A DNA stretch of 64,000 nucleotides, taken from contig JASTWF010000036.1 of NCBI GenBank assembly GCA_030390025.1, positions 1,984,001 to 2,048,000 on the forward strand, written 5' to 3'. Both the position numbers and the translations under genes were made by a program. Shown one piece after another: positions 24,266 through 37,179 of this stretch. A model generated the notes under the pieces. The model saw only the letters and a program-made list of their open reading frames with translations. It was not told the DNA's origin and did not search any database. Origin of the DNA: Squalus acanthias. Its lineage: Eukaryota. The first letter of the stretch is position 1, and each line of letters begins with the position of its first letter.

Positions 24266-24870
24266 GCAATTGATGCTAGATCAATTGTTAATTTTAAATT
24301 TGAGATTGATCGATTTTTGTTAACCAAAGGTATTAAGGGATATGGGGTTGGATAGGCTGGGGTTATTTTCTTTGGAACAGAGGAGGCTGAGGGGAGACTT
24401 AATTTTATACACCTCAATCATGAGGGGCCGAGATAGAGTGGATCGGAAGGACCTATTTCCCTTAGCAGAGAGGTCAATAACCAGGGGGCATAGATTTAAA
24501 GTAATTGGTAGAAGGATTAGAGGGGAGTTGAGGAGAACTTTTTTCACCCAGAGGGTGGTGAGGGTCTGGAACTCACTGCCTGAAAGGGTGGTCGAGGCAG
24601 AAACCCTCATCACATTTAAAAAGTACTTGGATATGCACTTGAAGCGCCGTAACCTACAGGGCTACGGACCAAGAGCTGGAAAGTGGGATTAGGCTGGGGA
24701 TAGATCTTTCAGCTGGCACGGACACGATGAGCCGAAATGGCCTCTTTCTGTGCTGTAAATTTCTATGGAGCAAAGGCAGGTATATGGAGTTAGGATACAG
24801 ATCAGCCGTGATCTCATTGAATGGCGGAACAGGCTCGAGGGGCTGAATGGCCTCTTCCTGTTCCTATGTC
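24266..24870 (+). mobile_element. Two nested CR1 3' fragments
   Basis: ORF 24342-24692 (LEQRRLRGDL...WNSLP) inside another CR1 3' end. Confidence 0.8.
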
Positions 24871-27338
24871 CCTACCAAGTGTAGTTAGAGATAAACTATT
24901 TCCGCTGGTTGGGGATTCTAGGACTAGGGGGCATAGTCTAAAAATTAGAGCCAGACCTTTCAGGAGTGAAATTCGGAAGCACGTCTACGTACAAAGGGTG
25001 GTAGAAGTTTGGAACTCTCTTCCGCAAACGGCAATTGATGCTAGATCAATTAATTTTAAATCTGAGATTGATAGATTTTTGTTAACCAAAGGTATTAAGG
25101 GAAATAGGCCAAAGGTGGGTATATGGAGTTAGGTTGTAGATCAGCTGTGATCTCATTGAATGGCGGAACAGCTGAGTGCAAAGGTAGATACTTGGGATTA
25201 TGATATTATAGCTATTACAGAGACGTGGCTGAAAGAGGGGCAGGTATGGCAGCTTAACATTCCTGGTTACAGGATTTTCAGACGGGATAGAGAGGGAGGT
25301 AAAAAGGGAGGGGGGCTCGCGGTATTGATTAAAGAAACTATTACAGCTGTGAGGAGGGATATGATGTTGGAGAGATCATCAAACGAGGCCATATGGGTTG
25401 AATTGAAAAACAAAAAGGGGCGATCACACTGCTGGGAGTGTACTACAGACCCCCAAACAGTGAGAGGGAGATAGAAGACCAAATATGTAGACAAATTTCT
25501 GAGAAGTGCAAAAACTTTAGGGCAGTAATAGGGGATTTCAACTACCCCAATATTAACTGGGATAAAATTAGTGAGAAGTGTATAGAGGGTGCGGAATTCC
25601 TAAAATGCATCCAGGAGAACTTTTTTAGCCAGTATGTAGTAAGCCCAACAAGGGAGGGGGCGGTTCTGGACTTAGTTTTAGGGAATGAAGCTGGGCAGGT
25701 AGAAAGGGTATCAGCATTTTGGTGCTAGTGACCATAATTCAGTTAGATTTAAGATAGTTATGGAAAAGGACAAGGATAGACCAGGAATACAAATTCTAAA
25801 TTGGGGAAAAGCAAATTTTGCTAAGCTCAGAGGGGATTTAGCCATAGTGGACTGGAAACAGCTACTTGAAGGTAAATCAGTGTCAGAGCAGTGGGAGGCA
25901 TTCAAGGAGGAGATCTGGAGGGTTCAGACCAAATATGTGCCCTTAAAGAAAAAAGGTGGGCCTAACAAATCTAGAGCCCCCTGGATGTCTAGGGACATAC
26001 AGGGTAGGATAAAGAAAAAAAGGGAGGCGTATGACAGATACCGAGGGCTAAATACTCCAGAATCTTTAGAGGAGTACAGAAAGTGCAGGGGTGCAATTAA
26101 AAAGGATATTAGGAAAGCAAAGAGAGAGCATGAAAAATTCTTGGCAAGTAAAATCAAGGAAAACCCAAAGATGTTTTATAAATATATTAAGAGTAAGAGG
26201 ATAACTAAAGAAAGGATAGGGCCTATTAGAGATCATGAGGGTAATCTGTGTGTGGAGACGGGAGATGCCGGTAGGGTTCTTAATGAATACTTTGCGTCTG
26301 TTTTCACAAAGGAGAGGGGCGAAGCTGACATTGCTATCAGGGAGGAGGAGTGTGAAATATTAGATGAAATAAACACAGTGAGAGAGGAAGTATTAAGGGG
26401 CTTAGCAGCTTTAAAAGTGGATAAATCCCCAGGCCCGGATGAAATGTATCCCAGGCTGATAAGCGAAGCAAAAGAGGAAATAGCAGAAGCCCTGACCATC
26501 ATTTTCCAATCCTCTCTGGCTTCAGGTGTGGTGCCGGAGGACTGCTAATGTGGTACCCTTGTTTAAAAAGGGAGAAAAGGATAGACCGAGTAATTACAGG
26601 CCAGTCAGCCTAACCTCGGTGGTGGGAAAATTATTGGAAAGAATTCTGAAGGACAGGATAAATCTTCATTTAGAAAGACACGGATTAATCAAGGATAGTC
26701 AGAATGGATTTGTTAAGGGAAGGTCGTGTCTGACAAACTTGATTGAATTTTTTGAGGAGGTAACAAGGAGGGTAGATGAGGGTAGTGCGTTTGATGTAGT
26801 GTATATGGACTTTAGCAAGGCTTTTAATAAAGTTCCACATGGCAGACTGGTCACGAAGTTAAAAGCCCATGGGATCCAGGGCAAAGTGTCAAATTGGATT
26901 CAAAACTGGCTCGGAGGCAGGAAGCAGAGGGTAATGGTTGATGGGTGTTTTTGTGACTGGAAGGCTATTTCCAGTGGGGTTCCGCAGGACTCAGTACTAG
27001 GTCCCTTGCTTTTTGTGGTATATTTCAGTGATCTAGACTTGAATATAGGGGGTATGATTAAGAAGTTTGCAGATGATACTAAAATCGGCTGTGTGGTTGA
27101 TACTGAAGAAGGAAGCCGTAGACTGCTGGAAGATATTAATAAATTGGTCAGGTGGGCAGAACAGTGGCAAATGGAATTCAATCCGGAGAAGTGTCAGGTA
27201 ATGCATTTGGGGAGGGCTAACAAGGAAAGGGAATACACATTAAATGGTAGTGATGCGGAGATGCCGGTGTTGGACTGGGGTGGACAAAAGTGAGAAGTCG
27301 CACAACACCAGGTTATAGTCCAACAGTTTTATTTGAAA

Positions 27339-27376
27339 TCACAAGCTTTCGGAGCGGCTGCTCCTTCATCAGGTGA
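27339..27376 (-). ncRNA. Hammerhead motif (family 1)
   Basis: rc: tcac-CTGATGA-a-ggagc(agcc)gctcc-GAA-agct-t-gtga. Confidence 0.85.
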
Positions 27377-28141
27377 AGTGAAGGAATACAGAATCGACAA
27401 AGCATATATAGATAGAGAACAATGCATGTGTAACTTACAATGGCAGACGACTACATTTAATCCTCCTGACTGTTTATCTGCCGAGGTGTGACAAAAGGCA
27501 ATCAGGTCAGCCAGGAAGGCACCACATCAAAGACATAGCAAGATACAACTGAGACAATGAGGTGGGGTTACAGGGGGTCTAATGTGTCAAAAGCTGCAGT
27601 CGGTATGGAAAACGATAAACTTTAAAAATTTTACTTTTTTACTGGGAATCACATCTGTGAACAAGCTAAGTCAAGGACATTCAGCCTCGGATCTGCGGGT
27701 AAGCGTTCTCCAAGGCGGCCTTAGAGACACCCGACAACGCAAAATCATCGAGCAGAAACTGATAGCCAAGTTCCGCACTCATGAGGACGGCCTCAACCGG
27801 GATCTTGGGTTCATGTCACGATACATGACGTAGAGTCATCCAGACTCGAGTCGTCGTTAGCTTGTTCACAGATGTGATTCCCAGTAAAAATTTTAAAGTT
27901 TATCGTTTTCCATACCGACTGCAGCTTTTGACACATTAGACCCCCTGTAACCCCACCTCATTGTCTCAGTTGTATCTTGCTATGTCTTTGATGTGGTGCC
28001 TTCCTGGCTGACCTGATTGCCTTTTGTCACACCTCGGCAGATAAACAGTCAGGAGGATTAAATGTAGTCGTCTGCCATTGTAAGTTACACATGCATTGTT
28101 CTCTATCTATATATGCTTTGTCGATTTTGTATTCCTTCACT

Positions 28142-28179
28142 TCACCTGACGAAGGAGCAGCCGCTCCGAAAGCTTGTGA
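28142..28179 (+). ncRNA. Hammerhead motif (family 1)
   Basis: tcac-CTGACGA-a-ggagc(agcc)gctcc-GAA-agct-t-gtga. Confidence 0.85.
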
Positions 28180-28826
28180 TTTCAAATAAAACTGTTGGAC
28201 TATAACCTGGTGTTGTGCGACTTCTCAATTAAATGGTAGGACACTGAGTAGTGTAGAGGAACAAAGGGACCTTGGAGTGCATGTCCACAGATCCCTGAAG
28301 GTAGCAGGCCAAGTAGATAAGGTGGTTAAGAAGGCATACGGAATGCTTGCCTTTATTAGCCGTGGCATAGAATGCAAGAGCAGGGGGGTTATGCTTCAAC
28401 TGTATAAAACACTAGTTAGGCCTCAGCTAGAGTACTGTGTGCAGTTCTGGTCACCACATTACAGAAAAGATGTGATTGCACTAGAGAGGGTACAGAGGAG
28501 ATTTACAAGGATGTTGCCGGGAGTAGAGAATCTTGGCTATGAGGAAAGACTGGATAGGCTGGGTCTGTTTTCCTTGGAACAGAGGAGGCTGAGGGGAGAC
28601 CTTATTGAGGTGTATAAAATTATGAGGGGCTTAGATAAAGTGGATAGAAAGGACCTATTTTGCTTAGCAGAGGGGTCAAAAACCAGGGGCACAGATTTAA
28701 AATAATTGGGGGAAGATTTAGAGGGGATTTGAGGGGAAATTTCTTCACCCAGAGGGTTGTGGGGGTCTGGAACTCACTGCCTGAAAGGGTGATAGAGGCA
28801 GAAACCCTAACCACATTTAAAAAGTA

Positions 28827-29348
28827 CAGAAAACTCTTTATTAACCGGCACCCAAATATCCGGAAATCTCTCTTAACAGGCAAAATTCTTGAGTAGGTAA
28901 CCATGGTTTTCCTTCATCTCTCCTTTTAAAAAAAAAAACCCGAGGCGTTTGCCTTGTATCGGAGCGTGTAGATTGGGAGGGGAATGTGCAGCCCGGGTAG
29001 GCAGCGGACACGACAGATGGTCAGCTGGCGGTCCCCGGGGAGACGGAGCTCCGAATGCAGGCGCATGTCAGTGTGTGTGAGGAGGAGTGTGGCAGGGGTG
29101 ATTTCCGTCGGTTCGGAGGGAGGATGAGGTGGCTGTGAAAGTGGGAACTGGAACTGGTTGCAGTCTTTGGCAGCACGGAGGTATTCGTCAGTTCTACTCT
29201 GGCAGTAGTTTTTTGTGATCGATGATTAACAGGGAGGGATAAACAGGGGCTCTCGTACGTTGGGAGATATAACTCTCCATTATCTGGACTTTTGGATTAA
29301 CCGGCACCACGCAGGTCCCGTCGGTGCCGGTTAATAAAGAGTTTCCTG
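28827..29348. mobile_element. 522-bp Tigger/pogo-like MITE
   Basis: 25-bp TIRs cagaaaactctttattaaccggcac / gtgccggttaataaagagtttcctg; TA TSD; CR1 rejoins as aaaaagta|cttggatg. Confidence 0.85.
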
Positions 29349-29804
29349 TACTTGGATGTGCACTTGGGATGCTCTAACCTGCAGGGCTACGGACCAAGAG
29401 CTGGGAAGTGGGATTAGGCTGGACAGCTCCTTGTTGACCAGTGCGGACACGATGGGCCGAAATGGCCTCCTTTCGTGCTGCAACTTTCTATGAACAGGCT
29501 CAAGGGACTGAATGGCCCACTCCTGTTCCTATGTTCATAAATGTTGTCTGTAAGGATCAGATGTAAGTTGGTGCAGACTCGATGCGGTGCCTCGTGTGCA
29601 GAGGCCTACAGTACAGAACCCTAATTTGGCACAAATTGGCTAACTCACACTCGTCCTACTCCAGCCATCACGTGGTGTGGGGCAGGCTTGATGGACCAGC
29701 AGATCTTTTTTGCCTGTCAGTTTTGTATGTTCGTATCAGGCGATATTAGCCTTGCCATCAGTGTTGCTTCAGTGCATGAACCTTGAGTTCCCTTCAGTAA
29801 GTGG

Positions 29805-30118
29805 TAGGGAGGGAGCGCTGCACTGTTGAAGGCGCCATCTTTCAGATGAGACGCTAAACCGAGGCCACGTCTGCATTCTCAGATGGTCGTAAATGTGCCG
29901 CATTATTCGAACAAGATCAGGGGAGTTCTGGCCGAGGTTTAACCCTCACCCAACATCATTAAAAATCGATTGTCTGGTCGTTTATCCCATTGCCGTTTGT
30001 GGGAGCTTGCTGTGTGCAAATTGGCTGCCACGTTTCCTACAACAGTAACTTAAAAAAAAAGTACTTAATTGGCTGGAAATCCCTTTGGAACGTGCTGAGG
30101 CCGTGAAAGGCACTTTTG
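29805..30118 (+). mobile_element. Deu-SINE partial
   Basis: cagatgagacgctaaaccgagg core and 3' part. Confidence 0.75.
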
Positions 30119-30119
30119 A

Positions 30120-30495
30120 CACGGCCGTCAATGGTGGAGCGATGTAAATGGAGGGATTTGAAGACAAGGATGAGAATTTTAAAATTGAGGTGTTGCTGGA
30201 CCGGGGGCCAGTGTAGGTCAGCGAGCACGGGGGTGATGGGTGAACGGAACTTGGTGCAAGTTTTGGATGAGCTCAAGTTTACGGGTGGTGGAAAATGGGA
30301 GGCTGGCCAGGCGAGCGTTGGAATAGTCAAGTCTAGAGGTCGCAAAGGCATGGATGAGGGTTTCAGCAGCAGATGAGTTAAGACGGGCGATGTTACGAAG
30401 GTGGAAGTAGGCGGTCTTGACGGAGCGGATATGTGGTCGGAAGCTCATCTCGGGGTCAGATACGACACCAAGGTTGCGAACGGCCTGGTTCAGTC
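30120..30495 (-). mobile_element. L2 fragment
   Basis: VRNLGV...TAYFHLRNIAR...IHAFATSRLDYSN. Confidence 0.8.
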
Positions 30496-31149
30496 TCAAG
30501 ACAGTGACAAGTCAAAGTATCTCCCTGTTGGAGAGGAGCGCAAGTTTGCACATTTAGTGACCATAAATTTCAGTCCGTTTTATGTGGTTGCTCCAAGGGT
30601 CAGGAAACCCTAGTGCATTCCCCAGTTAATTAGTGCTTAACTTGTGTACGCTGAGTGCATTGTGCTGTGTGCGGTGGAGGAACTGTACTAGATCTGTCTT
30701 GGATTTTTTTTGCACTGGAGCAACACTTTCGAGCTGGATGAATATTTGGGCAGCAACTAGATTGAATGCTGCAGGAAAAGTTTTAGATTGTGCGATTGAA
30801 CACAAGTTTCAGTCCTTCTGGGGCCCTGGGCATGTCAGTTGTGGAATGCCACTGGTCAGGGTTGAATAATGTCACAACCATTTCTTAAAGCTTTGGTCAC
30901 CCTTCAGGGCATCGGGGGAGAGTCTTCAAGTTTTATCTCAGCATTCACATCTCCAGGAGAGTAAATACATTAGGGAGAGTTCACAGCACGTATTGTTTTT
31001 TGCAAAAGACAAAGTACAATCTTTATCGCTCATCTGGCCCCTTCTCATTATTTACTTATGACTTTGTGTATCTTGTTGCTATCTATTTTGCTTTTTAAAA
31101 AAAAAAGTTGTCTTTCTATAAAGTCTATCTCACTTTTGATCATGTCGAT

Positions 31150-31894
31150 GGCCCAGAAATTGATCCCGCGACGCGAGAGTACGCACTGCGTACTCTCGCG
31201 TATTCCCACTCCAATTGCCGGTTTTCTGCATGCCCTGCGCATGCGCTGAAAACCGGCAATTGCTCTTTTGAAAAGGGGGCGGTTCCTCGGTGCATCGCGT
31301 GCGCGCTACAGGCTGCGCGCACGCTGTGCACTTCATGCTTTGGACGCGCAGGTAAGTACGGAAGATTTTAGAAATGGAAAAAAGGAGGAGTAAGACCCAC
31401 TTTTAACAAGGTAAGTAGTGAATTAAGTATTTTTTTGAATTTTTTTTAACAGGTATATCTTTTTTAGAGACTTTAAAGACAGGTAAGTTTATTTTTATAA
31501 CTTTTTAAAAGATTTTAAATTTTTTCAAAAATTTAATTTTTTATTTAAAATGGTTAATTTATTTAACTATACTTATTTTATTAATGTGATGGTTTTTAAA
31601 AAAAATTTAATTGAGGTTTAGCTGTTATTTTGGGGGGGTGTAAGATTCATAGATTTCACAGCACGTATGTGAAACTTATGAATGGAAGATGGTGTGCTGC
31701 CATTGGCTCTAACTGAGTCACGTGATCCCACAGCTCGCACGAATTCACTACGCCGGTAGGATACGCAAGCACTGCCCAGCTGATGTCTGGAACATCAAGT
31801 TCGTGCGAGCTGGATCTGAAAAAGCACAAGCGGAGTGAGAGATCGCGGGGAAGCCTTACCCCCGCGGGAACAGAGCGAGATCAATTTCTGGGCC
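31150..31894. mobile_element. ~745-bp Harbinger-like MITE
   Basis: TIRs ggcccagaaattgatcccgc / gcgagatcaatttctgggcc; related inverted copy at 47779-48529. Confidence 0.8.
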
Positions 31895-31949
31895 ATTATG
31901 ACAACTGCATTAATGAGTTTCTAAGTTTGACTGTTTAAGGAAACCAAGA

Positions 31950-32360
31950 AAGAAATACTTATAGCACCTTTCACGATCTCAAAAGCACTTTACAGCCAGT
32001 GGAGTACTTTTGAAGTGTAGTCACTGTTGTAATGTAGGAAACGCAGCAGCCAATTTGCACACAGCAAGATCCCACAAAGAGCAATGTGATAATGACCAAA
32101 TAATCTGCTTTAATGATGTTGATTGACATGGGTGGGCTAGTTTCATCGACTCTTCGGAATAGTGCCGTGGGATCTTTTACGTCCACCTGAGCGGGCAGAC
32201 GGGGCCTCGGTTTAACATCTCATCCGAAAGACGGCACCTCCGACAGTGCAGCACTCCCTCAGCACTGCACTGGAGTGTCAGCCTAGTCTCTGGAGTGGGA
32301 CTTGAACCCACAACCTTCTGACTCAGGCGAGGGTGCCGCCCACTGAGCCACGGCTGACAC
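31950..32360 (-). mobile_element. Deu-SINE
   Basis: Reverse complement of 4406-4880 with small deletions. Confidence 0.85.
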
Positions 32361-32809
32361 AATCAGCCCTAATCTTTTTCCCAGGATTGCTTAAGTTATT
32401 GTGGAGCTTGATTGTTCATACTCGTGACATGAAAATAGCACGCTGCAGACAGTGAAGCATTTTTTTATGGTTTTGCTCATGTGCTTGATTGCCTTTTGCT
32501 GAAATAGCAGTTTTGGAAATCGCTTTGGATGGTGACAGAACCAGGTTACTTTCAAATGCATTCCCCTGGAATAAAGGTTGCGTTCGGATTCCGAATCCGA
32601 ACCTGACATCAACCTGGCAAAAATAAAAGTCCCCATCTCCCAACGACTTTCTTCTGCATCATTTTCAAGCTTTTGTTTCTTCCACCAGTTCATGGCCAAT
32701 TTTTTTTTAACTGCGTTGAATTTTGGCCATCTTCGTAAATTGTGAAAAGCTGACGGTGCATTACAGTAACCAAAAGACAATAAAATGCAAAGTACCAGCA
32801 CGTAATCTC

Positions 32810-33105
32810 GGCTGACACTTCAGTGCAGCACCAAAGGAGTGTTGCATTTTCAGGTGTTCTGTCTCTTGAAAGAGATTTTAAAACAAGACCACTCCCCCTC
32901 CCCCCCCCGGCCTCTTTTTGATCAGGGGGACATTAAAGATTCCCTGGCACTGTTCGAAAAAGAGCAGAGAGTTCTCCCTGAGTCCTGGCCAAAAGTCCTC
33001 CTGCAATTAATGCCACCGAATAAAAATTAACTGGTCTCTCGTGCTGGTTGTGTGATCTTGCTTCAAAAGTAATTAATTGGATACGAAGCACTTTGAGATG
33101 TCCTG
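32810..33105 (+). mobile_element. Degenerate Deu-SINE
   Basis: ggctgacacttcagtgcagc, attaaagattccctggcactgttcg. Confidence 0.6.
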
Positions 33106-33111
33106 ATCAAG

Positions 33112-34050
33112 TTACATGATTACATCGGATATACGGCACAGAAACAGGCCATTCGGCCCAACCAGTCCATGCCGGCGTTTATGCTCCACTCGAGCCTCCT
33201 CCCGTCTTTCCTCATCTAAATCTATCAGCATAACCCTCTATTCCCTTCTCCCTCATATGCTTGTCCAGCCTCCCCTTAAATACATCTGTACTATTCGCTT
33301 CAACCACTCCCTGTGGTAGCGAGTTCCACATTCTCACCACTCTCTGGATAAAGAAGTTTCTTCTGAATTCCCCATTGGATTTCCTGGTGACTATCTTATA
33401 TTGATGGCCTCTAGTTATGCTCTTCCCCACAAGTGGAAACATTCTCTCTCTATCCACTCTATCAAAACATTTCATAATTTTAAAGACTACTCAGCCTTTT
33501 TTCAAGAGAAAAGAGCCCCAGCCTGTTCATCCTTTCCTGATATGTATACCCTTGCATCTATGGTGTCATCCTTGTAAATCTTCTCTGCACCCTCTCCAGT
33601 GCCTCTATATCCTTTTTATAATATGGCGACCAGAACCGTACGCAGTACTCCAAGTGTGGTCTAACCAAGGTTCGAAACAGGTTTAGCATAACTTCCCTAC
33701 TTTTCAATTCTAGAAATAAACCCTAGTGCTTGGTTTGCTTTTTTTATGGCCTTGCTAACCTGTGTCGCAACTTTTAGTGATTTGTGTATTTATACTCCGA
33801 GATCACTTTGTTCCTCTACCCCACCTGGACACCCTCCAAGTGATAAGTGACCTCCCTATTCTTCCTACCAAAATGTAATACCTCACATTTATCTGCGTTG
33901 AACTTCATTTGCCAATTATATGCCCATTCTGCAAGTTTATTAATGTACTCCTGCAATTTGTTGCAGTCCTCCTCAGTATTGACTATCCCCCCCAATTTGG
34001 TGTCATCCGCAAATTTCGAAATTGTGTTTTTGATTCCAAAGTCTAAATCA
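33112..34050 (-). mobile_element. CR1 3' portion
   Basis: KFADD (tgtcatccgcaaattt) through RRNFFIQRVVRMWNSLP and tail. Confidence 0.9.
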
Positions 34051-34893
34051 TGTAAATTTGATTAGCTTTAACGTGTTGGATCTCTGGTCTGTGAGTAATA
34101 TTTCTATTCAACCGAATAGACTGAAGACATGGTAAGTAAATTCCAGTACACAATTGATGAGACACTATATGGAACATAGATGTTTACTGTACAGAGCTAG
34201 GGCATTTGACTCGTCATGTCTGTGCACGTTATTTGCTAGAGTGATCCAGAACTATTCCCACTGCCTTGCTCTCTCCCCGTAGCCCTATACCCTCCTCTGT
34301 TTGAAACACTTGTCTACTCTCCCTTTAAAAGATGCAGTGGTTTCTGACGCACCACCTCCCTGTGGGAAGGCATTCCCTCTTACTCTTTGTGACCATTTAA
34401 AATTGATGATGACTCATTACTGACCTCCCAACCAGAGGAAATGGTCTTTCCCTAGTCACCCTATCGGAAACCTTGGTAATTAAAAAAAAAACCTCTCCCT
34501 TGGCCTTCTCTACTCCGGTGTCGATAGCTCCTTGTGTCTCAAGTCTCTCCTCTTAACCATAGTGCTATCACCCTGAATGCAAGTTCTTTCTAATAATCCC
34601 TGTTGACCCATTGCATTTTCAGATAGTCTGCTAGGGTTTCAGGTTCTTGAGCACCATTTTCTCATTCAGTAGCCTAACAATTTGTAAAAGTAGACCAGAT
34701 CCCTTGGAACCTGAAATCTCTATCTTTTTCCTATCTGACCCCGCAGTGTGGGTGAACCTAGGCATTAACAATTACCCCAAGTATGGTCAATTGTGCACTG
34801 GAATTTACGTACCATGTCTTCAGTCTATTCGGTTGAATAGAAATATTACTCACAGACCAGAGATCCAACGTGTTAAAGCGAATCAAATTTACA
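34051..34893. repeat. ~107-bp inverted duplication (34051-34157 / 34787-34893)
   Basis: Arms are near-exact reverse complements. Confidence 0.85.
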
Positions 34894-35084
34894 CACACAA
34901 AACTAGGAATTTATAGACAAAGGGAATGCAGAGGTTGTGGTATATTTTGACTTGTAAAAAGTGTTTGATATTGTACTTAAGAACTGTGGTATTAAAGGTA
35001 AAGTGATGCCATGGATGGATGGCTAAAGGATAGAATTGAGAGGTCGCACAACACCAGGTTATAGTTCAACAGTTTTATTTGAAA

Positions 35085-35122
35085 TCACAAGCTTTCGGAG
35101 CTATCACTCCTTCCTCAGGTGA
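35085..35122 (-). ncRNA. Hammerhead motif (family 1)
   Basis: rc: tcac-CTGAGGA-a-ggagt(gata)gctcc-GAA-agct-t-gtga. Confidence 0.85.
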
Positions 35123-37141
35123 AGTAAATTGGATACAGAATCGCCAGAGCATATATAGATGGAAAAAAAAGCATGTGTACTTTACAATTGCAGACCAATA
35201 AATTAAATCATCCTGACTATCTGCCGAGGTGTGATAAAGTTAATTAAGTCAGCCAGGAAGGTACCACATCAAAAGACATAGCAAGATACAACTGAGACAA
35301 TGAGGTGTAGTCGCAGGGGTTCCAACGTGTCAAAAGCTGCCGTCTGTATGTAAAACGAAAAGCTTTAAAAAAAAATTACTTTTTTACTGGGAAAATTTTT
35401 ACTTTTTTACTGGGAATCACATCTGTGAACAAGCTAACGACGACTCGAGTCCGGATCACGTCATGTATCGTGACATAAACCCAAGATCCCGATTGAGACC
35501 GTCTTCATGAGTGCGGAACTTGGCTATCAGTTTCTGCTCGATGATTTTGCGTTGTCGTGTGTTTCTAAGGTTGCCTTGGAGAACGCTTACCCGCAGATCC
35601 GAGGCTGAATGTCCTTGACTGCTGAAGTGTTCCCCGACTGGGAGGTAACAATCCTGCCTGGCGATTGTTGCGCGGTGCTCGTTCATACGTTGTCTCAGTG
35701 TCTGCATGGTCTCGCCGATGTACCATGCCGCGGTGCATTCTTTCCTGCAACGTATGAGGTAGACAACGTTGGCCGAGTCACATGAGTATGTACCATGTAC
35801 CTGGTGGGTAGTGTCCTCACGTGTGATGGTGGTATCTGTGTTGATGATCTGGCATGTCTTGCAGAGTTTGCCATGGCAGGGTTGTGTGGTGTCGTGGTCG
35901 CTGTTATCCTGAAAGCTGGGTAATTTGCTGCGAACGATGGTACTTCTGAGGTTAGGCGGCTGTTTGAAGGCAAGTAGTGGAGGCGTGGGGATGGCCTTAG
36001 CGAGGTGTTTGTCGTCATCGATGACATGTTGAAGGCTGCGAAGAACATGTCGTAGTTTCTCCGCTCCGGGGAAGTACTGGACGACGTAGGGTACCCTGTT
36101 GGTTGTGTCCCGTGTTTGCCTTCTGAGGAGGTCTATGCGATTTTTCGCTGTGGCCCGTCGGAACTGTCGATCGATGAGTCGTCCAGTACTTCCCCGGAGC
36201 GGAGAAACTACGACATGTTCTTCGCAGCCTTCAACATGTCATCGATGACGACAAACACCTCGCTAAGGCCATCCCCACGCCTCCACTACTTGCCTTCAAA
36301 CAGCCGCCTAACCTCAGAAGTACCATCGTTCGCAGCAAATTACCCAGCTTTCAGGATAACAGCGACCACGACACCACACAACCCTGCCATGGCAAACTCT
36401 GCAAGACATGCCAGATCATCAACACAGATACCACCATCACACGTGAGGACACTACCCACCAGGTACATGGTACATACTCATGTGACTCGGCCAACGTTGT
36501 CTACCTCATACGTTGCAGGAAAGAATGCACCGCGGCATGGTACATCGGCGAGACCATGCAGACACTGAGACAACGTATGAACGAGCACCGCGCAACAATC
36601 GCCAGGCAGGATTGTTACCTCCCAGTCGGGGAACACTTCAGCAGTCAAGGACATTCAGCCTCGGATCTGCGGGTAAGCGTTCTCCAAGGCAACCTTAGAA
36701 ACACACGACAACGCAAAATCATCGAGCAGAAACTGATAGCCAAGTTCCGCACTCATGAAGACGGTCTCAATCGGGATCTTGGGTTTATGTCACGATACAT
36801 GACGTGATCCGGACTCGAGTCGTCGTTAGCTTGTTCACAGATGTGATTCCCAGTAAAAAAGTAAAAATTTTCCCAGTAAAAAATTAATTTTTTTTTTAAA
36901 GCTTTTCGTTTTACATACAGACGGCAGCTTTTGACACGTTGGAACCCCTGCGACTACACCTCATTGTCTCAGTTGTATCTTGCTATGTCTTTTGATGTGG
37001 TACCTTCCTGGCTGACTTAATTAACTTTATCACACCTCGGCAGATAGTCAGGATGATTTAATTTATTGGTCTGCAATTGTAAAGTACACATGCTTTTTTT
37101 TCCATCTATATATGCTCTGGCGATTCTGTATCCAATTTACT

Positions 37142-37179
37142 TCACCTGAGGAAGGAGTGATAGCTCCGAAAGCTTGTGA
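37142..37179 (+). ncRNA. Hammerhead motif (family 1)
   Basis: tcac-CTGAGGA-a-ggagt(gata)gctcc-GAA-agct-t-gtga. Confidence 0.85.

Larger units (their letters stand above)
27251..28227. mobile_element. PLE with inverted pLTRs (~380-bp paired arms plus tail; GIY-YIG C-terminus in spacer)
   Basis: 12-bp TSD attaaatggtag (27239-27250, 28228-28239); 27291-27670 is the reverse complement of ~27857-28227. Confidence 0.93.
25172..29491 (+). mobile_element. CR1 LINE with most of ORF2 (APE endonuclease + RT), disrupted
   Basis: IAITETW, GDFNYP, SDH, MDFSKAF, GVPQDSVLGP, KFADD, RPQLEYC; frameshifts and two insertions. Confidence 0.93.
24880..29537 (+). mobile_element. CR1 3' fragment (24880-25171 + 29492-29537) hosting a long CR1
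   Basis: gaatggcggaacag|...|gaacaggctcaagggactgaatggcc rejoins; gaacag duplicated. Confidence 0.75.
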
